This document shows, piece after piece, positions 40,111 through 48,644 of a stretch of DNA of 64,000 bases. The DNA lies in the NCBI GenBank assembly GCA_030525795.1, contig JAUNEB010000003.1:1179-65178 (forward strand), given 5' to 3'. Position numbers and translations under genes: made by a program. The stretch is from Aerococcaceae bacterium. Its GTDB lineage: Bacteria > Bacillota > Bacilli > Lactobacillales > Aerococcaceae. The stretch's first letter is position 1. Each line of letters begins with the position of its first letter. The notes under the pieces are model-generated. The model saw nothing but the letters and a program-made list of their open reading frames with translations. It had not been told where the DNA came from and did no database searches.

Positions 40111-40129
40111 AGAAAGTGAGTGAATCCCC

Positions 40130-40357
40130 TTGAAACAACAAAACATCTACGTTATTTATACATGCGACGCTTGGAAGTCCTACGACTCCATGCGCCTACA
40201 CGCAATCGCTCGCAACGAAAAAACATTAATGCGTATTATTAAGCAGATGCTCCGTGACGGCTGTGTTAAATTTCAAAATTCGTTAGATAATCTAAACATG
40301 GACACCATTCATACATTGGACTATTGCGCTGTTCATCAAGAATTGTTATATGGATAA
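40130..40357 (+). CDS. Small hypothetical protein (YTCDAWKS motif)
   Basis: TTG start; followed by a terminator at 40367-40396. Confidence 0.65.
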   Translation: MKQQNIYVIYTCDAWKSYDSMRLHAIARNEKTLMRIIKQMLRDGCVKFQNSLDNLNMDTIHTLDYCAVHQELLYG

Positions 40358-40391
40358 TATACCTTGACACCCTTTATCACGGGTGTTTTAT

Positions 40392-40696
40392 TTTTTGCCA
40401 TGCTGGCAAAAATCTGCCCCAATCGCTCGCCAAGTCTTCGATGCTTTGAAACCGTAACTGATATTGACTCGTCAAATCACGGTTTCTAAACCCTCGTGCG
40501 ACTTGTCAGCGATTGGCGGCGGTCACGTTACCTAAAGGTAACGTCCCTTTCGACGTCTAACACAATTCGCCCCGTTTCGCAAGGGTAAACATGCAGTGCT
40601 GCCTAAGCTCCTATGTCGCTAAGGCGCACTAGCCCTTGTCTAAACGTGGCGAACCGCGTTCGCCGTTGAAGTAAGCCAGCCGCGATGCGTCTGGAA
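40392..40696 (+). repeat. Repeat A copy 4
   Basis: Direct identity with copy 1. Confidence 0.95.
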
Positions 40697-40724
40697 AATA
40701 AATCCTATGAAAGAGGTTATCAAA

Positions 40725-41003
40725 ATGAATTACTACACATTGAATGCTGCGATAGAATACGCCCAAAGCTCAACCCCCGAAATCGTGAAATCCTTCAAAA
40801 TCACAAACATCATCCCCTTGGACTTTAACCACATGGAAGGTCAAAACTATCAAATCAACTTGAAAGTCATCACAACCCCTAAATACAAAAATAAAATCGT
40901 TAAAATTCTTACAAATTCCACCTATTTAGACGACTATTCAGATGAGACTCAGTTTTTACCAACTCAGTTAGAAGAACACTTAAATTATTTGCTGTGTAAT
41001 TAA
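40725..41003 (+). CDS. Hypothetical cargo protein
   Basis: AAAGAGGT RBS before ATG 40725. Confidence 0.7.
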   Translation: MNYYTLNAAIEYAQSSTPEIVKSFKITNIIPLDFNHMEGQNYQINLKVITTPKYKNKIVKILTNSTYLDDYSDETQFLPTQLEEHLNYLLCN

Positions 41004-41021
41004 ATTAAAAAGAAAGAAGGA

Positions 41022-41258
41022 ATGAATATGACAATTCAACAACTCACTCAAAGCCCACTACTAACCGAAATTAGCCAACAACTCACCGTAGGTGACCGAT
41101 TGTATCTAGTTGCTGAAGGGAATGCGTTACGCTTAGAAATCAACGCGAAACCCGCTTCCAATGCACTCGAAATTTTATTCCTAACCATTACCCAAACACC
41201 TGAAATCATTCAGCACTTACTCAAACAAGCGCTATACGTCGCGGAACTTACCTTATAA
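41022..41258 (+). CDS. Hypothetical cargo protein
   Basis: AGAAGGA RBS; ends at the terminator. Confidence 0.65.
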   Translation: MNMTIQQLTQSPLLTEISQQLTVGDRLYLVAEGNALRLEINAKPASNALEILFLTITQTPEIIQHLLKQALYVAELTL

Positions 41259-41263
41259 ACACA

Positions 41264-41306
41264 AAACAGGCAATCGACTCCATCGAATCGATTGCCTGTG
41301 TTATTT
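41264..41306. terminator. Bidirectional terminator separating cargo and transfer regions
   Basis: ACAGGCAATCGA...TCGATTGCCTGT inverted repeat. Confidence 0.8.
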
Positions 41307-41307
41307 G

Positions 41308-43272
41308 TCATAAAGTAGCGCTATGCTCCAAATGTAATGAGGGCTTAGCGCGTTGTTGCTTTAACTGAGTTAATTGTTGTTGATAGTGCTGATACTCTCT
41401 AAATCCTGCCAATTCCTCTAACCAGGTTGCACGTTGAGGGGTATAAGTTTGAGTCACAACTTGCTTAGTTGCCAATGCGTCCCCCAACTCTGCTCGATGC
41501 ACACCGTCTGTTTGACAATTGACGACGCGCTCAATCGAATGACGCTGTAAATAAGCATCAATTTTGGCGGTCAACTGCGGCGTTTCCATGTCTGGTGAGC
41601 GACTGATCACCACCGCATCTTTTAACCCTCGATGTAAACTTAAAAATGCTAGAGCGGATTGCGGGTTATCGACGACATAAACAGACTTTGGTTGTCCAAT
41701 CGTAAAAATAAACCCTTCTTGTCGGTTGCTACCTGGTATCGATTGGTTTGTCCCTTCCTTCGATACCGTTTCTGCCCCAACAGCTTGCCCCTGCTTCGAC
41801 CAGACAAACATTAAATCTTCAGACGATTCAACCTGGCGTAACCACCCTTTTTTCGCAAATAACGCGACCACTTCTGGATCATATCCGTATTGCTTGCTGA
41901 CGGTGGAAATTGATTCAGGAGTCAAACGCTGACTGCTCGATTGAATCGTTGATTCAATCGTTGGTGTCGTCATTGCCTGTTCTTGCCAATGCAAGCGCTC
42001 CAATGCAACAGGTTGCTTCAACAAATCATTCCAATCCTTATGGACGACTTCGCCCACAAATACCCCTTCAGCCAAACTCCGTTTCACGTGCTTCATTTCC
42101 CACGCGGAATAATCCAAGTCACGTAATAATCGATTAAACTCTTGCCCTGGCGTATCGCGTAATTGTTGTGCCAAACGCGCAACACCTAACTCAATCCCCT
42201 CGTAAAACAAGCGATCCTGATGTTTAGCGTTACCAATATAAGGACGCTCGACTAAATACACTGCCGCTGCTTGGTGAAACGGAACGTCATAGGTGGTGGA
42301 ATATTCCTTCAGTTGCGCCACTGCTTCAGGTGTCAACACGTTTTGATGTGGAATATTCGGCTGAATTTGAATTGGGGAGTTTTCCGCCGTTTCAAAAAAG
42401 TGTTCTAAAAATTGGATTCCCGCATGATCGTTATCCGTACACAAGTACAAGGTGACGTCGCGCGTGCCACGCTCACTCTCTTGACTCAACACGTTATAGG
42501 CGGTTTGAGGTTTGACCCCTTCTAGCGAGAGCAGCCGACAGTTATTTAACGTGTCCTTATGTAACGTCCAATAACTCAATAAATCGATCGCTGCTTCAAA
42601 CGCATAAATCGCCTCGACGCGTTCCCCCAATCGAACACTAAAGCCGTGATCTTTTTTCGATGCCGTTTTGATGTGCTTCGATGACTGCCCTACTTTAGGC
42701 GGCTTCGTCAATTGTTGTGTTGCGCCAACGATGTCTTGAATTTGGTTAGGCGGTCTGCCGTCTTCCGTCCAATTAAAGATTACGTTGTAATGACGATCCT
42801 GGATAATGTATTTGTCGTCAAATAATCGCCGAACAATTCCCTTATCAATCCCGCGTGTTTCTGTTAAATACTTGTAGGCGGTTGTATTGTATTTAGCTTC
42901 CTGGTAATCATACACGAATGCTTTTTCTTCTACAACGGTTTGTTGCGGCTGGTAGTCTTCCCCCGCAAATTCCAAAATCATTTGAACCGCTTCTTGGAAT
43001 TTGACGCCTTCGATGTATTGGATAAAGTTAATCAAATTGCCATGCGCATTCGGATTGCTGCCTAAATAAGCATTATGATAAAACGTGTTTTGCTTACGGT
43101 TAATGATCAGCGAGTCATGCCCGTCGTAACGCAATTTTGGGTAATTACTATCAGGCTGTAACAGCGTCCCAATCCCTTTAGCTTGGATATAATCAATGAT
43201 TGATACCTGACTAGCTAAATCAATTTGTTGTTGCGTAAATCGCTTACCTGTTGGTTTTTCAGTCACCGCCAT
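41308..43272 (-). CDS. DUF3991/toprim domain primase-like protein of conjugative elements
   Basis: HDSLII, GNLINFIQ, YLTETRGID, FEAAIDLLSY, LCTDNDHAG, KDWNDLL. Confidence 0.8.
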   Translation of the reverse strand: MAVTEKPTGKRFTQQQIDLASQVSIIDYIQAKGIGTLLQPDSNYPKLRYDGHDSLIINRKQNTFYHNAYLGSNPNAHGNLINFIQYIEGVKFQEAVQMILEFAGEDYQPQQTVVEEKAFVYDYQEAKYNTTAYKYLTETRGIDKGIVRRLFDDKYIIQDRHYNVIFNWTEDGRPPNQIQDIVGATQQLTKPPKVGQSSKHIKTASKKDHGFSVRLGERVEAIYAFEAAIDLLSYWTLHKDTLNNCRLLSLEGVKPQTAYNVLSQESERGTRDVTLYLCTDNDHAGIQFLEHFFETAENSPIQIQPNIPHQNVLTPEAVAQLKEYSTTYDVPFHQAAAVYLVERPYIGNAKHQDRLFYEGIELGVARLAQQLRDTPGQEFNRLLRDLDYSAWEMKHVKRSLAEGVFVGEVVHKDWNDLLKQPVALERLHWQEQAMTTPTIESTIQSSSQRLTPESISTVSKQYGYDPEVVALFAKKGWLRQVESSEDLMFVWSKQGQAVGAETVSKEGTNQSIPGSNRQEGFIFTIGQPKSVYVVDNPQSALAFLSLHRGLKDAVVISRSPDMETPQLTAKIDAYLQRHSIERVVNCQTDGVHRAELGDALATKQVVTQTYTPQRATWLEELAGFREYQHYQQQLTQLKQQRAKPSLHLEHSATL

Positions 43273-43294
43273 ACGTCACGCTCCTTTCCATACA

Positions 43295-43322
43295 AAAAAT
43301 CCCCCTTGAGGCATTCAAGGGG
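43295..43322 (-). terminator. Hairpin with U-tract between the relaxase and toprim genes
   Basis: AAAAAATCCCCCTTGA...TCAAGGGG. Confidence 0.55.
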
Positions 43323-44603
43323 TTAGTGTTCTAACTGTAAATTCTGTTGATACTCACGCTGCACATTCATCCGTTCATGCGCAAATTCATTCAAATACTG
43401 TTGCTTGGTTTTTCTCAAATTAAACTTCATTTTTTCCAAAGTCGCAACCGTCATCTGTGTGACTTTTTCCGACGTACTCCTGGTGTGACGTGAGGGCTGC
43501 CATTCCTTCAACGGATGACGCTCATTGCGAGAGTGCCTGCTGCCTCCTGTTTTTTCGAATTGTTTTAATTGTCGCAACAATTCATTGCCTAAAGCAGCAC
43601 GTAACTCCGTCAACTTGTTGTCGTAATAATGATTTTGAGGTTTGCCGTAAACGTTAGAATACGTATCATGGCTGTCACGTAACACGCGCTTATAATCTTC
43701 ATACGGTTGTTGCGCATGATCGTAGACTAAGCGCAACGTGATTGAGTCAATCCGATCGCGAAAAGGCTGCATCGCATTGTTGTTGTACCGCCATAATTTG
43801 CGATTACCAGGTAAGTCGTGTAACAACTGTTCTAAATCCCGCAACAAATACTTTTCCTTAAAAACGTCTAATCCCTTCAGCGACGCATTCAACACTTCAC
43901 GCTGCAATTCACTTTGACGTGCAAGTTCTGCATCACGGTTCAATAGATGATTGATAAATTTACTTTTCATCCGTGTTAAATGTTTGAATTTTGCTTTGGC
44001 TTTGCGTTGTCCACGATATTTGCCTGTCTCAATGATTGGGCGGCTTGACTCTCGTTCAGCCATCGCCACGTGAACGTGAATGTTATCCGTATTGTAATGG
44101 ATGGCTGCCGTCCAAATGAACGTGTCATTAAACCCCATTTGCTGCTTAAAATCCGCAACGGCTTTTTGCGTCGCTTCTTTAATCGGTGCTGCATTCAACG
44201 TCCCTTCAGGCGACAAGAACCCTTTATCTTTCAAAAATTGGTTATCAAAACTAAACACTTGCCGCCACATCGGCGAGCCATTTGCTTGTGCCTGGTTAAA
44301 CGCTTGTTTCAGTTGGTTAATGTCTTGAGTGGTGAGGGTATGCGTTTTGTCGTTAAATACATTGTCCGTCTTCAAACGACTGCCAATATAATTCAACGTG
44401 CGCTCCCCACTCTCATAACGGGCTTTATTTTCTTCCAACCCGACGTCTAATGCGCGGTCAACTTTCGCATCCTCACGTTCCATATAATTCACATAATCCG
44501 AATACTGAACGGGACGCTGATGCCCGTTATGCGTCAGTGTATCGTTCCATAACTTAAAGTCCGTCATCAAGACAATGTGCGGCGTACTAGAAGGCTTCGT
44601 CAT
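43323..44603 (-). CDS. Relaxase, MOBL/MobP2 type
   Basis: DYVNYMER, MWRQVFSFDNQFL, WTAAIHYNTDNIHVHVA (HUH motif). Confidence 0.88.
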   Translation of the reverse strand: MTKPSSTPHIVLMTDFKLWNDTLTHNGHQRPVQYSDYVNYMEREDAKVDRALDVGLEENKARYESGERTLNYIGSRLKTDNVFNDKTHTLTTQDINQLKQAFNQAQANGSPMWRQVFSFDNQFLKDKGFLSPEGTLNAAPIKEATQKAVADFKQQMGFNDTFIWTAAIHYNTDNIHVHVAMAERESSRPIIETGKYRGQRKAKAKFKHLTRMKSKFINHLLNRDAELARQSELQREVLNASLKGLDVFKEKYLLRDLEQLLHDLPGNRKLWRYNNNAMQPFRDRIDSITLRLVYDHAQQPYEDYKRVLRDSHDTYSNVYGKPQNHYYDNKLTELRAALGNELLRQLKQFEKTGGSRHSRNERHPLKEWQPSRHTRSTSEKVTQMTVATLEKMKFNLRKTKQQYLNEFAHERMNVQREYQQNLQLEH

Positions 44604-45033
44604 CGCTCACGTCACCCTTTATCGCTTTGTTTTTTGAGTTTTCTTTGTAACGACGGATTGATTCATCAAATTGGCGCAACGCATCTTTATATAAGTTGGA
44701 CGGCAAGTCCTCGATGCCTTGAATGTGTGCCGTCGGGGGAATATCCCATCCTTGATTGATGATTAAATGATTCATCAACGCTAACAACAATTTCGTATGC
44801 TTATCCGTGTACCCTGTGCGAATGCGCAAGACATCATAAAATGGAATAAGAGATTCCTTCAACACTTCTGCCGTTAATTGTGCTTGTGTCATTGCGCTCA
44901 TGGATTCCGTGTAATTATTTACCAAAAAGGAAACCACGTCCCCATAGGATGCAAGTTGGTGACGTTCTTTAATGCCTTCCAAAACGTCCCACTGTGCTTC
45001 ACTCATATAAATATTTTTGCGCTGCGTTGTCAA
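44587..45033 (-). CDS. Relaxosome accessory protein (RHH, Aux2-like)
   Basis: RKNIYMSEAQWDVL RHH-type N-terminus, directly upstream of the relaxase. Confidence 0.65.
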   Translation of the reverse strand: MTTQRKNIYMSEAQWDVLEGIKERHQLASYGDVVSFLVNNYTESMSAMTQAQLTAEVLKESLIPFYDVLRIRTGYTDKHTKLLLALMNHLIINQGWDIPPTAHIQGIEDLPSNLYKDALRQFDESIRRYKENSKNKAIKGDVSDDEAF

Positions 45034-45296
45034 GTCGTTTCCTCTCCTTCCTTGTTCGACGTAAAGCGATCAAGTACCAACTCCATAACCGTCGTATTTC
45101 GGTCAAGCACTTCCACTAATGTACGTTCCGCTTCAACAGATTGCCCTTTTACTTCGTCCACAACTTCTTGCGAAAAATATTGTTCGAGTATCCATAAAAT
45201 GGTGTGCTTTTTCGATGAAAATTGTTTTTTCTGCTTTAATGCTAGAATTTTCGCATTGAATTCTTCAGGAAAATCTTTTATCAAAAAATCGCTCAT
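45030..45296 (-). CDS. Relaxosome accessory protein (RHH-like)
   Basis: FLIKDFPEE N-terminus; LDRNTTVME C-terminus resembling the neighbour. Confidence 0.6.
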   Translation of the reverse strand: MSDFLIKDFPEEFNAKILALKQKKQFSSKKHTILWILEQYFSQEVVDEVKGQSVEAERTLVEVLDRNTTVMELVLDRFTSNKEGEETT

Positions 45297-45544
45297 ATCG
45301 TACCCCCTTTCAAATAGTCTAAAACTTCCAATAACACTTCTGTATTGCGCTCAATTTGTTGCGCCAAGAGTGCGTGTTGTTCCTTCCGCATGACTTCATA
45401 AGCGGTCAATCCATCGTGTGCGACTAAGCGCTCTAACTCATGCAACAAGTACGCATTCAATGACGGAAATCCAGAGGCTCTTGCCATAGATTCTAGCTGT
45501 GTCTTCATCGCAAGAGGCACACCTCTAATATATAACACGCTCAT
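45293..45544 (-). CDS. Relaxosome accessory protein (RHH, Aux1/SmpO-like)
   Basis: LYIRGVP...LESMARASGFPSLNAYL; first gene after oriT. Confidence 0.65.
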   Translation of the reverse strand: MSVLYIRGVPLAMKTQLESMARASGFPSLNAYLLHELERLVAHDGLTAYEVMRKEQHALLAQQIERNTEVLLEVLDYLKGGTI

Positions 45545-45559
45545 TTTTGCCCTCCGTTT

Positions 45560-45870
45560 CTTCCGCCCTTTTGGGCGGTGTTTCTTTGAACGATTTCCGC
45601 CGACGGCGGAAATTTCACAAACTTACCCATTTTTGGGTAAGTTTGAAGCAAGAGCATAAGGGGAACTGCTAGCACGTACCGTTCTAGTCCTTGCAGTGCA
45701 AGGAGTTCCCGATATATACAAATCTTTGTGATAGTGCCACTTTTAGCACTCTGATTGATTGGTATTTTTATACATGGTGCTAGTTTTAGCACCGTCTTTT
45801 TTGCCTATTTGTCTTCCCAAAACAAACATGGTGCTGTTTTTGGCACTAATAGTGCTAAATCTAGCACCTA
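45560..45870. other. Putative origin of transfer (oriT)
   Basis: Intergenic region upstream of aux-relaxase; three hairpins, minus-strand CCCCTTATGCTCTT core (45650-45663), four 18-bp RGTGCY-N6-RGCACY palindromes. Confidence 0.7.
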
Positions 45871-46773
45871 TCATTCCAAATGAATGGCGTCTTCTGTTAA
45901 ACCAAATTGTGTCCGATAGGACGCTAATTTTTGTTGAAGTAATTGTTGTTTTTCAGTTGCTTCTTGAAGACGTGAGGCTTCAAATTGAATCTGTTGTTCG
46001 ACCCGTTGCATGGACTGATAAACAGTTCGCTGCATATCCAATGTGTCTTCTTTTTCCTTCGATGTTTGATAGGTTTTGTGTTGTTCCAGTTCGGCTAAAC
46101 GTGTTTGAAAATCTTGAATTTCTTGTTGATAGCTGGCAATCGTTTCAGGAATCGTTGTCTCAATCAATGCTTGTTGAACCGATAAATCATACTCAATTGA
46201 ACGCAACGTCGCCGCTTCTTGTGTGAATAATGCGTTCGGGTTTAATGCTAAAAAAGGTGCGTTGGACGACTGTCGATGCAAGGTAAATTCTGCCGCTCTG
46301 GCACGACTCCCTGCCGTAATGTGTAACCGCAAACTCGACCAAGAAGGTGGGAGTTGTTGAAGAACAATCTCATAATAATCATGTTCTCCTTGATACACTT
46401 GAACGTCTACTTGGTCTTTGGTTGCACCTAAAAAAGTAGGACGAATGGATAACGTAACGGACTGTTCTGCAGGCAACGTACGCTCGTCTAACAACAATCG
46501 CAAGTACACCGTATCTTCTGTTTCGTTCATCCGTTTTGAATCAATCCACAACGATACACCGCCACTGGTTAGCACGTTTGACAACACATATTCTTCTGCG
46601 GTAGCACTCGGACGTAACAGCCCACCTACCAAAAAGAGACTAAGAATCATGCCTAAAAATACCGAAGACACAACATAATACCGCCGAATAATCGGATATT
46701 TTTCAGGACGTTTCTCGCTTAATGTCGTTGATTTTTTGTGTCGGCGTTGACGTAAATGTTCCAAAAAAATCAT
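45871..46773 (-). CDS. Conjugation-region membrane protein with C-terminal coiled coil
   Basis: Single N-terminal TM helix; lies within the tra operon. Confidence 0.65.
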   Translation of the reverse strand: MIFLEHLRQRRHKKSTTLSEKRPEKYPIIRRYYVVSSVFLGMILSLFLVGGLLRPSATAEEYVLSNVLTSGGVSLWIDSKRMNETEDTVYLRLLLDERTLPAEQSVTLSIRPTFLGATKDQVDVQVYQGEHDYYEIVLQQLPPSWSSLRLHITAGSRARAAEFTLHRQSSNAPFLALNPNALFTQEAATLRSIEYDLSVQQALIETTIPETIASYQQEIQDFQTRLAELEQHKTYQTSKEKEDTLDMQRTVYQSMQRVEQQIQFEASRLQEATEKQQLLQQKLASYRTQFGLTEDAIHLE

Positions 46774-46788
46774 CGCTTTCCCCCTCTC

Positions 46789-48027
46789 TTATTTTTGTTG
46801 AGACTTCAAATGCGCGACGTCGGGACGTACCGCAAAATCAAATCCACGCATCGGATGAATGTCAATCGGATTACCTGGTGTACTCGATTCAATCAGTTGG
46901 TTATTGCCAATATACATGGCAACATGATACGTTGACCCTCGATTCCCCCAGAACAATAAATCGCCGACTTTCAAATCCGATTTCTCCACTAAATGACCGC
47001 TACTTTCTTGAGGGACACTCCAATCCCCAATATCCACTTTATAGGCTTGCCAGTAAATGTACTGCATAAAACCACTACAATCAAAGCCGACAATATTGCT
47101 TGCGTCTTGAACGGCTGGGTCATTAATTCCTGTACTTGGACCTTCTTTACCACCACCGCCCCATGAGTAAGGTAAGCCAATTTGACTTTTCGCAATCGCC
47201 ACTAAATCCCCATTGGGGATCGCTTCGTTTTCAAATTTGTTGAATAAAAAGCGTGTCGTTTTGCTGCTGGAACTGCTGAGTAAATCGCTGCTCCCCGCTT
47301 TCGCAATCGTTTGAATTTCGTCTAAGTCATACCCTAAATACCATAAAAACATCGGCACATAATGAAAGTTACCACCGTTCCAATACGCATACGGCATGTT
47401 GTAACTGGTGGATACTTCGTTGACGTAAGGATACTGTTTGCCTGTGGTATTGCCCAAACTCGGCGCGACCACTTCTTTAGAATAGGCTTCCGCAATCTCG
47501 ATTGTCCAATCCTTATCTTCTTTGTTTAAGTAGTCTAAAAAGGCATGCCCATAGTTATAACCCGCAACGGCTGCCAAGACGCTTTTGTTATGTTTTTGAG
47601 CCTTCTCCAGCGTGTTCTTAAAATGCTCAACGCCCACTTCAATCGACATCAATTCGCTCGTCATACGCGAATCATTCATACTCCAGCCGCGTGATTCAGA
47701 TGCTTGAAAAATATCCGTTACACCACCGCCGCCTGATTCATTTTGTAGAATCCCTAACAATACAATCAGGTATTCTTCAGGCACATTTTGCTTCACCATC
47801 TCCGCTTTAATTTCATCCGCCCAACTCAACGTTAAAGCAGATAAACGTGTTTGAGATAAGTCAATCCCTACTAAATCAATCGTTGGACGATAAGCATCGT
47901 ACGTTTGTGGTTCATTCGTTGATAAGCCAATCACAACCACAATTAAAATGAAAAACTGGACAAAGAATGTGCCAAACATCAAGGCTAAGAGCATATTACA
48001 TAACCATCGAATGACCTGCTTACTCAT
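46789..48027 (-). CDS. Bifunctional lysozyme-like/NlpC-P60 cell-wall hydrolase (VirB1/CwlT-like)
   Basis: QNESGG, DIFQASES, YNYG; PYSWGG, FDCSG, YHVAMYIG. Confidence 0.9.
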   Translation of the reverse strand: MSKQVIRWLCNMLLALMFGTFFVQFFILIVVVIGLSTNEPQTYDAYRPTIDLVGIDLSQTRLSALTLSWADEIKAEMVKQNVPEEYLIVLLGILQNESGGGGVTDIFQASESRGWSMNDSRMTSELMSIEVGVEHFKNTLEKAQKHNKSVLAAVAGYNYGHAFLDYLNKEDKDWTIEIAEAYSKEVVAPSLGNTTGKQYPYVNEVSTSYNMPYAYWNGGNFHYVPMFLWYLGYDLDEIQTIAKAGSSDLLSSSSSKTTRFLFNKFENEAIPNGDLVAIAKSQIGLPYSWGGGGKEGPSTGINDPAVQDASNIVGFDCSGFMQYIYWQAYKVDIGDWSVPQESSGHLVEKSDLKVGDLLFWGNRGSTYHVAMYIGNNQLIESSTPGNPIDIHPMRGFDFAVRPDVAHLKSQQK

Positions 48028-48644
48028 GGTGTTGGACTCACTTGGATAAAGGAAGTAATGGATGCTGTTCCAGGATCAAACACCAAATCATACATCACTT
48101 CTTCCAAAACGTCGTTCATTTTCCCCGTCACCGTATAACGAACTTGTAACGGAGATTCTTGGAGTATTTCGTAAGTCGTGAGCGTTTCAATACGTTTCGT
48201 CGGTTGAGGTAAGGTTTGTAATTGTTGCACCAAAGCTTCCGCTATCGTCTCATTCACGTACGGTAAAAAGGTTGCCTTTGTAGGCATTGTCTGGTCAATC
48301 GTATAGTAATGTTGGACTAATGCCATTCCCTTTTTGATGAGCGGTTCGTGTTGATATGCTAATTGAATTTGAGAAGAAAACGATTCACTTGGGGTATTCA
48401 CACCACTTCGACTAGATGAACTTTCCGCCTTCGATGCAACCTCCGCTTCAGACAATGACACTACTCCTTCAGACGATGACACCACCGATTCCATGCTGAT
48501 TGAAGGCAAAGAATAAGACGTATCAACTACAACCGTATCTGGAGAAACACGAGGTGGTGTCAACCACCAATCTTTGAAGAAAAACACCGTCGTAACGATG
48601 AATAACAAGAGAATGTGCCATCCCTTCAGTTTAGTCTTCCGCAT
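48024..48644 (-). CDS. Conjugation membrane protein (possible VirB8-like)
   Basis: N-terminal TM, Ser-rich linker, small C-terminal domain; between VirB4 and VirB1. Confidence 0.5.
   Translation of the reverse strand: MRKTKLKGWHILLLFIVTTVFFFKDWWLTPPRVSPDTVVVDTSYSLPSISMESVVSSSEGVVSLSEAEVASKAESSSSRSGVNTPSESFSSQIQLAYQHEPLIKKGMALVQHYYTIDQTMPTKATFLPYVNETIAEALVQQLQTLPQPTKRIETLTTYEILQESPLQVRYTVTGKMNDVLEEVMYDLVFDPGTASITSFIQVSPTP

Noticed and set aside
35895-40696. Repeat A as a MITE mobilised by the ISLre2 transposase
   Set aside because: No terminal inverted repeats resembling the element end, no target duplications, and all copies are clustered and co-oriented.
34160-41258. Assigning named anti-CRISPR genes to cargo ORFs
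   Set aside because: I could not recognise convincing similarity to any named Acr; only context supports the idea.
45541-45792. 83-aa ORF upstream of the aux genes
   Set aside because: It runs across the hairpins and palindromes of the putative oriT and has no convincing RBS.
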